Below are positions 38,212-47,427 of a stretch of 64,000 nt of DNA, piece by piece. The stretch's first letter is position 1, and every line of letters begins with the position of its first letter. Source of the stretch: Fidelibacterota bacterium. GTDB taxonomy: Bacteria; Fidelibacterota; UBA2242. The notes beneath the pieces are model-generated. The model was not told the DNA's origin and made no database searches. It saw only the letters and a list, made by a program, of their open reading frames with translations. A program made the translations under genes and the position numbers. The DNA lies in contig JAGNGI010000003.1 in NCBI GenBank assembly GCA_018002295.1, positions 3,666-67,665 of the forward strand. The letters are read 5' to 3'.

Positions 38212-40302
38212 TTACTTCATAAGTATCATTTTACGGGTAGAAACCACTTTATCTGTAACTAACTGGTAGAAATAAATACCACTAGATAAACTAGATCCAT
38301 CCCAGATTACGGAATAGACACCCGGAGAATATGTCCGGTTATCTATTAAAGTCGCAACCTCTTTCCCTAATACATTATAAACCTTCAACGTAATCGGAAC
38401 ACGTTCATTGACTTCGAACCGGATCGTAGTAGTCGGATTGAATGGATTCGGGTAGTTCTGCCGCAATGCAAACCTAACTGGCTTCTCGTTAACTTCCGCC
38501 ACATCTATTCCGTTTAATCCAGTACCGAAATTCAGCAGAGCCCAGTATTCAGAATTTTGCTGAATATAGGTGGCACACCAACCCAGATCTCCCGGATCTG
38601 CAAACGGTTCATTCGGCACATTCGGCTGCCAGGTGTAATATCCATACGAATCACCCGTCGTCTCACGAGAATACTCCGAAGAAAAACTACCACCAACATT
38701 AAATCCAATAGAAGCACTTGCCTTAACATTGGGATTGTAAATCGCTAACTCTACATCCCATACCCCAGTCTCCTTATTCCACTGCGCCGCCGATCGTATA
38801 AACGTCGAAGGATCAAATATTACCGCCGAGTCTAATTCAGGCACATATACCGGATAACCATCATTAAATGTTACCCGATCTCCCATTATCATCAAATGAT
38901 AAGGACCATCCGGTGCCGCCATCGGATTCCCTTCCCAGTTATCCCAAGATTCCACTCCTAAACGGTTCGAAACCCCTATAAATAACTGGTCACTCGCCCA
39001 ATGTCCAGATGTGTCAGTCGGATCCAAAAATTGACCACCCCAGTACAAATCCGTCGTGTCATTGACAAACTCATCAATATGCATAAATACATATAGAGTA
39101 TCATCCGTCCACAACAAACGCCCATACAACTCATCATACTCCGGCTCGGCTATCTCACGACCATAAGAACTCGCCCAGATATTGTAACCCGTCTCAGTCA
39201 CTAAATTCACTTCCGCCGCGTTACCCCAAACCGACTCATCCTTTACTCCATCAATCACTACATCCGTAGGTGATACCTTCGGAACATTCAACTCTAAACG
39301 AACAATTACGTCGTCCGGTCCCGGCAGAAAATTCAGCAGAGCCCAGTATTCAGAATTTTGCTGAATATAGGTGGCACACCAACCCAGATCTCCCGGATCT
39401 GCAAACGGTTCATTCGGCACATTCGGCTGCCAGGTGTAATATCCATACGAATCACCCGTCGTCTCACGAGAATACTCCGAAGAAAAACTACCACCAACAT
39501 TAAATCCAATAGAAGCACTTGCCTTAACATTGGGATTGTAAATCGCTAACTCTACATCCCATACCCCAGTCTCCTTATTCCACTGCGCCGCCGATCGTAT
39601 AAACGTCGAAGGATCAAATATTACCGCCGAGTCTAATTCAGGCACATATACCGGATAACCATCATTAAATGTTACCCGATCTCCCATTATCATCAAATGA
39701 TAAGGACCATCCGGTGCCGCCATCGGATTCCCTTCCCAGTTATCCCAAGATTCCACTCCTAAACGGTTCGAAACCCCTATAAATAACTGGTCACTCGCCC
39801 AATGTCCAGATGTGTCAGTCGGATCCAAAAATTGACCACCCCAGTACAAATCCGTCGTGTCATTGACAAACTCATCAATATGCATAAATACATATAGAGT
39901 ATCATCCGTCCACAACAAACGCCCATACAACTCATCATACTCCGGCTCGGCTATCTCACGACCATAAGAACTCGCCCAGATATTGTAACCCGTCTCAGTC
40001 ACTAAATTCACTTCCGCCGCGTTACCCCAAACCGACTCATCCTTTACTCCATCAATCACTACATCCGTAGGTGATACCTTCGGAACATTCAACTCTAAAC
40101 GAACAATCTCTTCTTGGCTTAATGCCACCGATTGTACCGCCACTAATAGCAATAATGCTAACAAACACATATTAACCTTACGCATACTTACCTCCATTTG
40201 GTTAATAAATTGGTTAATAATTCCTTGTCCTGTTTTACAAAAATAAAATAAGCCTGACTTATAAATTACACCTCCTTTCATTTGTTTTTTTACCTTTCTC
40301 AT
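38212..40302 (-). CDS. Secreted T9SS cargo protein made of two identical 267-aa modules (possible CBM9/DOMON-like carbohydrate-binding fold) plus a C-terminal sorting domain
   Basis: Signal peptide. The module from IVRLELNVPKVSPTDVVIDGVKDESVWGNAAEV to EYWALLNF occurs twice with identical amino acids. The C-terminus NYPNPFNPTTTIRFEV...SGIYFYQLVTDKVVSTRKMILMK is a canonical T9SS type-A CTD. Confidence 0.6.
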   Translation of the reverse strand: MRKVKKQMKGGVIYKSGLFYFCKTGQGIINQFINQMEVSMRKVNMCLLALLLLVAVQSVALSQEEIVRLELNVPKVSPTDVVIDGVKDESVWGNAAEVNLVTETGYNIWASSYGREIAEPEYDELYGRLLWTDDTLYVFMHIDEFVNDTTDLYWGGQFLDPTDTSGHWASDQLFIGVSNRLGVESWDNWEGNPMAAPDGPYHLMIMGDRVTFNDGYPVYVPELDSAVIFDPSTFIRSAAQWNKETGVWDVELAIYNPNVKASASIGFNVGGSFSSEYSRETTGDSYGYYTWQPNVPNEPFADPGDLGWCATYIQQNSEYWALLNFLPGPDDVIVRLELNVPKVSPTDVVIDGVKDESVWGNAAEVNLVTETGYNIWASSYGREIAEPEYDELYGRLLWTDDTLYVFMHIDEFVNDTTDLYWGGQFLDPTDTSGHWASDQLFIGVSNRLGVESWDNWEGNPMAAPDGPYHLMIMGDRVTFNDGYPVYVPELDSAVIFDPSTFIRSAAQWNKETGVWDVELAIYNPNVKASASIGFNVGGSFSSEYSRETTGDSYGYYTWQPNVPNEPFADPGDLGWCATYIQQNSEYWALLNFGTGLNGIDVAEVNEKPVRFALRQNYPNPFNPTTTIRFEVNERVPITLKVYNVLGKEVATLIDNRTYSPGVYSVIWDGSSLSSGIYFYQLVTDKVVSTRKMILMK
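38528..40107. repeat. Two-copy tandem direct repeat with an 801-bp period; about 779 bp of copy 2 is identical to copy 1
   Basis: The sequence from 38528 (aaattcagcagagcccag...) recurs from 39329. The shadow ORFs 38532-38729/39333-39530 and 38557-38748/39358-39549 are identical in the ORF track. Identity ends at 39306/40107 (aacaat|t versus aacaat|c). Confidence 0.8.
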
Positions 40303-41600
40303 AATTGATACTCAACATTTATTGATGGAATAATTGTTTTAGTATCATATTTACCATAAAAATATTCATCCTGGCTTTTCTTGATATCTTTAGCAACTCC
40401 CACAGAATAAGCAATACTGAGATCTATATAAAATTGGTTAAATAAAAATCCAATACCAGCCGATATTCTATGTTGATTTACATTCGGCAATAAAAGACTA
40501 TAACTACGATCTGAATTTGGAGTTGTCTGATAATTATATCCAACCCGGTACTTCAAATTATTCTCGCCTGAATATTCCAGTCCGATAGCAAATACAAAAC
40601 TATTACGATCGTAAAACGGCATTTCCGAACGCCAGTAACCGGTGATACTATCACGCGGAGCCGCAGCTATTATGGCAGACCAGGCAGTGTCACTATAATT
40701 AAAATCCAGTTTGGATTGAGTGCTTCCCCAGAATTCGCTGGATAGATCAATATTTAGATTTAGTTGATCGGTGGGTTTGTATAAAATTCCTATACCACCA
40801 GTCATCGGCATTTGAAAACGACTGTGAAGTCGCGATTTCTTCGCCAGACTATCAAGCGCATAAAAGCAATCCGTTTTAGCATTACCTTCAAGGTCAAAAT
40901 CTACGCCGCTCCGAATGCTCCCGCCTACCTTAATGGTCGTTGTTATAGGTAAAATAAATCCTAGGCTCCAACCTATGGCATTATCCTCTTGTTCTAAATT
41001 CAAAGCGTAGACCGGATTAGTCCTGCTCGTCTGCCACTCAGGATTCGAAATCGGAAACTCAAATTGTTGGTAAATCTGATAAATATTAATCGCGGCACCC
41101 AATGACATTTTCCCGACTTGTAATCCGAAAACCTGCGAATAGGCATCCGCAATCAGGCGTGATTTTAATTGAAAGCCATACAAACGGGTTATTCCATTTT
41201 CAGTAAACATTAATGCCAGTGGCCATCGAACCGAATAATCAAGGGCTCGATTATAGACCATAGCCAGCCCAAACTTTTGGTTAGGCACCCAGTAAATACC
41301 CGCTGAACCGCTGAAATCATTGAATAAATAGGAACGATGGATATCACGACTTCCTTTTTGACATTGTTGTTGCCCGGCTCGATCAATGATATTCATCGCC
41401 AGACCAAAACCCGGTGTGCTTAAAATTTTACCAGGATTTTGAAATGTAGTTGTTATACCATCTAATCCGGCATAATAATAGCCCCCTAGTGCTAAGGATT
41501 TGGCACTTGTTATGGGAGCAGTACTCGCATCTCCGGCTTTTGTAAAATCCGAAAGAATCAAAACCATTGAAATTGTCCAAAAGATAATTTTTTGTCTCAC
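40299..41600 (-). CDS. FadL/TodX-like outer-membrane transport protein (putative)
   Basis: Signal peptide. SAKSLALGGYYYAGLDGITTTFQNPG resembles the FadL-family N-terminal motif (S.GLG.A.AG.A...D.S..F.NPA). Beta-rich sequence. It overlaps the upstream gene by 4 nt. Confidence 0.4.
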   Translation of the reverse strand: MRQKIIFWTISMVLILSDFTKAGDASTAPITSAKSLALGGYYYAGLDGITTTFQNPGKILSTPGFGLAMNIIDRAGQQQCQKGSRDIHRSYLFNDFSGSAGIYWVPNQKFGLAMVYNRALDYSVRWPLALMFTENGITRLYGFQLKSRLIADAYSQVFGLQVGKMSLGAAINIYQIYQQFEFPISNPEWQTSRTNPVYALNLEQEDNAIGWSLGFILPITTTIKVGGSIRSGVDFDLEGNAKTDCFYALDSLAKKSRLHSRFQMPMTGGIGILYKPTDQLNLNIDLSSEFWGSTQSKLDFNYSDTAWSAIIAAAPRDSITGYWRSEMPFYDRNSFVFAIGLEYSGENNLKYRVGYNYQTTPNSDRSYSLLLPNVNQHRISAGIGFLFNQFYIDLSIAYSVGVAKDIKKSQDEYFYGKYDTKTIIPSINVEYQL

Positions 41601-41633
41601 TTAGAATTTCCTCTTCAATAAAACTCTTTCAAA

Positions 41634-42599
41634 TCACCAAGTATTAAAGGTTATATATGAATGATACTTAGTGGATCTTAAGTGATCAACCCCATTCCAA
41701 TCCTTACCAGCCAGCCAGAATAAATAGGTCTTATTGCGGGACAAACCTTTTGCAGGATATTCAACAAATACCTTCGTCCCGGGAATCGGGCTTCCTATTA
41801 CCAGCGGCTGACCTATTACATTGTTTTTTCCATATATCTTTTGACCACCTACGGTATCCACCGACCAGGCTTCCCAGACTATTTTTTTGGGGTTATAGCT
41901 CTCTCCTAAACAGATTCCGACCGCCGCTACGAGAGAATCTTCAACGCTTGAATCAATAATCTCCCAGGTTATGACCGGTGAATTGCTGGTATCCGTTTCA
42001 ATAAGAGTGATTTTGGCAAATCCACCCCTCAACTTAATGCTTGCCATATCAACATTTGTATAAACATCTATCCAGCAACTCTTTTGAACATGACTGTAAC
42101 TGTCTATCCATAAAGTATCCTCATTGGCAATCGTCGTTACCGTGTCCAGTTCTGCCATTAAGATTACTTTACCGGCATTTTCTACTACGGCATCCCAAGC
42201 GGCTTCCTTAATAACCCAAAATGTATAGGTGCTGTCTTCAATTAATGCTTCAAAATGTCCACCATAATCATTTGTTATATCAGTTACCCCCTCGGGCAAT
42301 TCGCCATATTTAACCGGGTAGTGCAAATTGTCACCATCAACCTTTATTAACCATTGCAAAGTACTGTCAAGCCGTGCTTGATCGCCGCGATTTACTCCAA
42401 AAGCACACCCATATCCACCCAACCAAGTAAATTTGGGCGTAAATGTTTCCTGTTCAATAATAATATTGTTCATTGGCCGCGCGCCTTGATACGGAGCCAG
42501 CGTATTCTTCTCCCCACAGGACCTTAAAAGGCAAAGTAAAAATAGAATTAAAATGCTACTTGCCGAAATAAAGTGGTTTGGTTTAAATAAGTAATTCAT
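41634..42599 (-). CDS. Hypothetical lipoprotein (candidate surface glycan-binding accessory protein)
   Basis: Signal peptide with lipobox-like LLRSCG. 321 aa. No recognised domain. Confidence 0.3.
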   Translation of the reverse strand: MNYLFKPNHFISASSILILFLLCLLRSCGEKNTLAPYQGARPMNNIIIEQETFTPKFTWLGGYGCAFGVNRGDQARLDSTLQWLIKVDGDNLHYPVKYGELPEGVTDITNDYGGHFEALIEDSTYTFWVIKEAAWDAVVENAGKVILMAELDTVTTIANEDTLWIDSYSHVQKSCWIDVYTNVDMASIKLRGGFAKITLIETDTSNSPVITWEIIDSSVEDSLVAAVGICLGESYNPKKIVWEAWSVDTVGGQKIYGKNNVIGQPLVIGSPIPGTKVFVEYPAKGLSRNKTYLFWLAGKDWNGVDHLRSTKYHSYITFNTW

Positions 42600-42659
42600 A
42601 AAATAAACCTTATGCTGTTTTTACTAATAATTATTATTAGCCTCTTCTTAATCACGATA

Positions 42660-43502
42660 CTATCCTTTAATTCCACTTAAAGTGATACCTTTTATGAAAT
42701 ATTTTTGAGCGAAGAAAAAGACGATTAAAATTGGTAAAGTTGCCATTACCGAACCAGCCATTAATAAATCCCAGTCTGTAATATATCGGTCGCGGAATAT
42801 AGCTAGTCCTAACTGAACCGTGCGTAAATGATCTGAATTGACCACGATTAAAGCCCAGATAAAATCATTAAAAGTCCCCATAAATGTAAAAATGGCTAAT
42901 GTTGCCAGAGCCGGTTTCGATAAAGGAATAATTATCTGCCACAATACTCTAAATTTTCCACAGCCATCAATATAGGCCGCCTCTTCTAATTCCTTAGGAA
43001 TCGTCAAGAAAAACTGTCTCAATAAAAATGTTCCAAATGCCGAAGCCAAGCCCGGAACAATCATAGCTTGATAGCTGTCAACCCATCCGAGCCAGTATAA
43101 AACCATAAAACTAGGAATCATCGTTACCTGGTAAGGAATCATCATAGTTCCTAAAAAAATATAGAAAAGAACATCCCGTCCTTTGAATTGTAACCGAGCA
43201 AAAGCATAAGCCGCCATCGAACAAGTAATTAGCTGCCCTAACGTCACAGTACAAGCTACTATAAGACTATTTAAATAATATCGCCCAAAGGGAGCCGCTT
43301 GAAAAGCCCGGGCATAATTCTCAAAATGGAACTTTGAAGGTAGCCACTTTGGTGGATACACAAATATATCCCCAATATCTTTTACCGAAGTTAGGAGCAT
43401 CCAGATAAAAGGTGCTATCGTCGCCAAAGCTAAAGCGTATATAATAACATGAAGGATAATGTCTTTTACTATATGACTATTTTTCCGAAAATCTATAGCC
43501 AT
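42660..43502 (-). CDS. Carbohydrate ABC transporter permease (MalG/CUT1-type)
   Basis: Six TM segments with the EAA-loop region ...EEAAYIDGCGKFRVLWQIIIPL. Confidence 0.85.
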   Translation of the reverse strand: MAIDFRKNSHIVKDIILHVIIYALALATIAPFIWMLLTSVKDIGDIFVYPPKWLPSKFHFENYARAFQAAPFGRYYLNSLIVACTVTLGQLITCSMAAYAFARLQFKGRDVLFYIFLGTMMIPYQVTMIPSFMVLYWLGWVDSYQAMIVPGLASAFGTFLLRQFFLTIPKELEEAAYIDGCGKFRVLWQIIIPLSKPALATLAIFTFMGTFNDFIWALIVVNSDHLRTVQLGLAIFRDRYITDWDLLMAGSVMATLPILIVFFFAQKYFIKGITLSGIKG

Positions 43503-44437
43503 TATACCGCCTCATACCCGGCACGAGTTTGCATAAACTTTACTTGTAATACCGTTAGCACCGCTAATATTGCAAAGAAAACATAAGCCGCCGCAGAGGC
43601 ATACCCCATCTCGAAAAATTTGAAGGCATTCTCATAAATATAAAATACCATCACCTTCGTTGCGCCCAGAGGTCCCCCTGAAGTCAAAACATAGACAATA
43701 TCAAAGACCTGAAACGAGCTGATCATTGACATTATCATAATGAAAAATGTGGTAGGACTTAACATCGGCATTGTAATATTCCAAAATTTCGACCACCATC
43801 CGGCACCATCAATTTCAGCGGCTTCATAGTAATGATCGGGAATCCCTTGTAATCCGGCGGAAAATAGAACCATATTTGTCCCAAAGGTTTTCCAGACTCC
43901 CATGATAATAAGAGCAACCATAGCGGCTTTCGGTTCGTTGAGCCAGTTTACCGAGGGGAGACCCACGAGATCCATTAAATAGTTTAACAAACCAAAATTG
44001 GGGTCATAAATCCAACGCCAGATTAACGCAGCCGCTACCGGGGATATGACCACAGGAGTGAAAATCGCCGTACGTAAAAACCGTTTTCCTGCGATGCGTC
44101 GGTTAAGTATAATAGCAGTTAACAGAGCAATTACCATATTTAAAGGAACCGTACCAAGTGTGTAAATAAAAGTATTTTTCAGAACCATCCAGAATTCAGG
44201 ATCAGAAAATAACCGACGATAGTTCTCTAAACCAAGGAATTCCCGCCCACTACTGAACATATTCCATTTATGAAAACTGAGATAAAACGAAAAGAATACC
44301 GGGAATAAAACGAAAGCGCAGAAAATAACCAACGTCGGAGATAAAAATCCGAGCGCTGTGAGAATATTCTTTTTACCATTCCCATCCCGGCGATTTATAA
44401 TCGTCTTTTTAACTCTGGTAGATTTATTTAGCATTCT
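43502..44437 (-). CDS. Carbohydrate ABC transporter permease (MalF/CUT1-type); the ORF extends to 44593 but the likely start is the Met at 44437
   Basis: EAA loop AAEIDGAGWWSKFWNITMPML. Starting at MLNKSTRVKK removes the 170-nt overlap with the binding-protein gene. Confidence 0.8.
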   Translation of the reverse strand, partial: RMLNKSTRVKKTIINRRDGNGKKNILTALGFLSPTLVIFCAFVLFPVFFSFYLSFHKWNMFSSGREFLGLENYRRLFSDPEFWMVLKNTFIYTLGTVPLNMVIALLTAIILNRRIAGKRFLRTAIFTPVVISPVAAALIWRWIYDPNFGLLNYLMDLVGLPSVNWLNEPKAAMVALIIMGVWKTFGTNMVLFSAGLQGIPDHYYEAAEIDGAGWWSKFWNITMPMLSPTTFFIMIMSMISSFQVFDIVYVLTSGGPLGATKVMVFYIYENAFKFFEMGYASAAAYVFFAILAVLTVLQVKFMQTRAGYEAV

Positions 44438-45740
44438 GCCAATACGATTGTAAGACCTTATTAGATTTCGCGGCCGCTTTATCGAGAGCTGCCTTTGGAT
44501 CACCGCCACCAAGTGTTGCTTCTTCAATGGCTTCCGCCATATGTCGAGTAATTTGTAAAGCCCCATAATCCATAGAGCGCTGAATCTGGGCAACTTCCAT
44601 CTGGTCTACAAATACTTTAAAATTCGGGTTTTCCATTAGATATTTCTTGAACTCCGGTATTTCTGATACTGATCGCCGCACCGGCAAATAACCGGATTTC
44701 ATAGCCCAGCGAGCTTGAATATCAGGCCGAATGATCCACTTCACAAATGACCAGGCTTCATCGGGATGTTCAGATTGTTTGAAAATAACCAGATATTCGC
44801 CACCGCAGATGGTCGCCTGTTTTACAGGACCTTTGGGCAATGGTGCAAACGACCAATTCAAATTTTTCAGCATTCGATTAAATCGCGGGAGGTTCCAAGG
44901 TCCATCCATCGCCATAGCCACCAACTTCGAGGCAAAAGATACATCGTAATCCGTAGTAAATGTCCGTAAATTCAATTTGTCATATATGTTTTTCCAGAGT
45001 GTTAGAGCTTTAACTCCCGCTTCACTATTATATAACACTTTGGATTGATCTTCAGCTATAATATAACCACCCGCTTGCCATAAATAGGGAATCCACTGCC
45101 AAACCATCCATCCACTGAGAGGACCGGCGGCAGGAAATATCGGAAGGAAAAAACCAATCCGGTCAAATTTCCCATCATTATTGAAATCTTTTGACAACTT
45201 GACGGCGTATTCTTCTAACTCTTCCCAATTCGAGGGAGCACGACCATCCTGATAGCCAGCTTCTTTAACCATATCAACATTATATATCAACGCCAGGTTA
45301 GTGGCTTCCATTGGAATACAATATATCTTCCCCCGCAGAGAAGAATATTGTAATAAAGCAGGATATATATCTTCTATTTCGGATTTACTAAGTCCATTAT
45401 TGCTTTTGATAAAATGATCCATCTCATAAATCGCATCCGCGTCAACTAAATCAGCCAGAAAATCAGAGTGAATCCAGGAAATATCAGGCGCGGTCTTACT
45501 CTGAATTGCCGTGATAAGTTTTTGAATTAGAGCATCACCAGTTGGTACATATTGAGCTTTTATTGTGACATTGGGATTTTCGGTTTCATATTGTTCGATT
45601 AAATCTTCGAGCGCTGGTATAGTAGATGCGACAAAACTATGCCAGAAAGTAATGGTGATTTTATCATCTTTAGTAGCCTCTTTTTTCCCACATCCAATAA
45701 ATACTAATAAGCAAAACGATAGTAAAAAATATTTACTCAA
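44424..45740 (-). CDS. ABC transporter extracellular solute-binding protein (family 1, oligosaccharide-type), probable lipoprotein; the ORF reaches the ATG at 45815 but the likely start is the TTG at 45740
   Basis: SBP_bac_1-like sequence. From the in-frame TTG the product begins (M)SKYFLLSFCLLVFIGCGKKE with a lipobox IGC, and it is preceded by GAGGGGA. Confidence 0.75.
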   Translation of the reverse strand: MSKYFLLSFCLLVFIGCGKKEATKDDKITITFWHSFVASTIPALEDLIEQYETENPNVTIKAQYVPTGDALIQKLITAIQSKTAPDISWIHSDFLADLVDADAIYEMDHFIKSNNGLSKSEIEDIYPALLQYSSLRGKIYCIPMEATNLALIYNVDMVKEAGYQDGRAPSNWEELEEYAVKLSKDFNNDGKFDRIGFFLPIFPAAGPLSGWMVWQWIPYLWQAGGYIIAEDQSKVLYNSEAGVKALTLWKNIYDKLNLRTFTTDYDVSFASKLVAMAMDGPWNLPRFNRMLKNLNWSFAPLPKGPVKQATICGGEYLVIFKQSEHPDEAWSFVKWIIRPDIQARWAMKSGYLPVRRSVSEIPEFKKYLMENPNFKVFVDQMEVAQIQRSMDYGALQITRHMAEAIEEATLGGGDPKAALDKAAAKSNKVLQSYWQNAK

Positions 45741-45840
45741 TCCCCTCAGATTGGCTGTAAAAACGTTTGCGCATTTCTGGGGTGAGTGTTGATTGCCGAT
45801 ATTTTTGAATTGCATAGTTCGGACCTAATTTTTATTGGTT

Positions 45841-46875
45841 TTAATCGGGATTAATAACAGAATTTAGATTTCGGACGGATTTTCGAATATTGAGGACAGG
45901 TTTTAATTCGATCCTGGTTTTCTCTTTTCTTCCCTTACTTTTTAAATCGTCATACAACAATTTAACCGCCATCTCACCCATGATCTGCCGAGGTTGCTGA
46001 ATAGCCGTCAGCGGGGTAAAAAGATACGGGGCAAAATCTACATCATCAAAAGAAATCAGCGAAACATCTTGAGGGACATTCAATTTTTCTTCGATAATTG
46101 CATCTAAGGTACCCAAAGTAATTAAATCGCTTGTACTGAATATCGCCGTAGGCGGATTGGACATTTTCAATAGTAGTTTGGTCTCAATATATCCATTTTC
46201 TCTTCGGTAATCGTTACCAACGATTAAATTCTCATCGATTTCGATATTATATTTTATAAGGGCATTTTTATAACCTTTAACCCGCATATTGTTAGTGGAG
46301 GTATTAGGAAGCCCTTGTATAATTGCGATCCTTTTATGACCATTTTTGATTAAATATTCAACAGCTTTATAGGAACCAGTATAGTTATCTACAACCACAG
46401 AATTGGTATCAATGGAATCAAAACACCTATCAAGTAGAACCAAAGGAATTTTTTCATCAATTAGTTCCTGGATGTGATCTGATTTTAACCCCACCGGCAT
46501 TATAATAAAACCATCTACTCCCTTGCTACGCAGTAATTGTATTTGTTCAATTTCAGTATCTTGATTTTCATCAGTATTGCACACAATCAAAGTATAACCA
46601 AGTTTATAAGATTCAATTTGAATAATGCGCGAAACATGAGCAAAAAAGGGGTTTGAAATATCTGGAATTACCAATCCAATAGCATGCGTCTTCCGCAGTC
46701 TTAAACCACGGGCTAATTGATTCGGGACATAATTGAGTTCTTGAGCAATTTTGTGAATTTTATCGGCAGTTTCATCTTTAATCCGGTTTACTTTCCCTTT
46801 ATTATTCAATACCCGAGAAACTGTTGAAACGGAATATCCTGATTTTTTGGCAACATCTTCGAGGGTCGCTGTCAT
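45841..46875 (-). CDS. LacI-family transcriptional regulator
   Basis: N-terminal HTH TLEDVAKKSGYSVSTVSRVLNN plus a periplasmic-binding-protein-like sugar-binding core. 344 aa. Confidence 0.9.
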   Translation of the reverse strand: MTATLEDVAKKSGYSVSTVSRVLNNKGKVNRIKDETADKIHKIAQELNYVPNQLARGLRLRKTHAIGLVIPDISNPFFAHVSRIIQIESYKLGYTLIVCNTDENQDTEIEQIQLLRSKGVDGFIIMPVGLKSDHIQELIDEKIPLVLLDRCFDSIDTNSVVVDNYTGSYKAVEYLIKNGHKRIAIIQGLPNTSTNNMRVKGYKNALIKYNIEIDENLIVGNDYRRENGYIETKLLLKMSNPPTAIFSTSDLITLGTLDAIIEEKLNVPQDVSLISFDDVDFAPYLFTPLTAIQQPRQIMGEMAVKLLYDDLKSKGRKEKTRIELKPVLNIRKSVRNLNSVINPD

Positions 46876-47381
46876 TTTGAAACCACTTTGTAAATCTGCG
46901 CAATCATTTTCGCAATAAGTATAGTAAAGAAAAAAATATTTGTCAAGCTAATTTTTCAGAGTATTACGAAATTTTTCTACGTTCATCTAATAAATCATTG
47001 ATATCATTCAATATATAGTATTTTAAATTTATTGTTACATACCTTTAAATCGCGACAATCTGGGAATGATTTTCTACCTGCCGCTAATAAGTCGAGTCAG
47101 ATTAATATTGTTTTTCTTCTAACCGCTAAGAGCGCTAAGTTTTTATCAATGATAAGTCCACCAGCCAAACTTATACTCGTCAGGGCAATGAGTGTTAACC
47201 ACAAAAAATACTAAAAGACACATAGAACTGCATAAATGCTTTTTTGCATAATTGATTGTGGTAAATGGTTACTGTTAGCTGGTTTTGGTTATCGGTCTAT
47301 TGTCAGTAAACTATTTATAAACCCGATTCTATTATTCGAATTCTAATAAAAACTATCTTGTTAATCTTGTCTAAAATATAT

Positions 47382-47401
47382 CCCACGCCTTAGCGCGTGG
47401 T
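47382..47401 (-). terminator. Possible intrinsic terminator downstream of leuS
   Basis: A ccacgc/gcgtgg 6-bp stem with a 6-nt loop lies about 30 nt after the leuS stop. On the minus strand it is followed by an A/T-rich ATATATTTTAG tract. The signal is weak. Confidence 0.25.
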
Positions 47402-47427
47402 TCGTGGTCAATAGTTAACATACCATT

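Noticed and set aside
38532-39549. Identical 65-aa and 63-aa ORF pairs on both strands (38532-38729/39333-39530 and 38557-38748/39358-39549)
   Set aside because: These are by-products of the 801-bp tandem duplication inside the real minus-strand gene 38212-40302. They are not independent genes and not a CRISPR or IS element.
38528-40107. Possible CRISPR array or mobile element because of the direct repeats
   Set aside because: There are only two long (~0.8 kb) coding copies with no short repeat/spacer periodicity. No cas genes, transposase or inverted terminal repeats are present.
46876-47427. A tRNA or small RNA gene in the large intergenic region
   Set aside because: No cloverleaf-compatible sequence was found, only a weak ttcgaat fragment with no acceptor stem. 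ORF 47032-47214 (60 aa) has no support.
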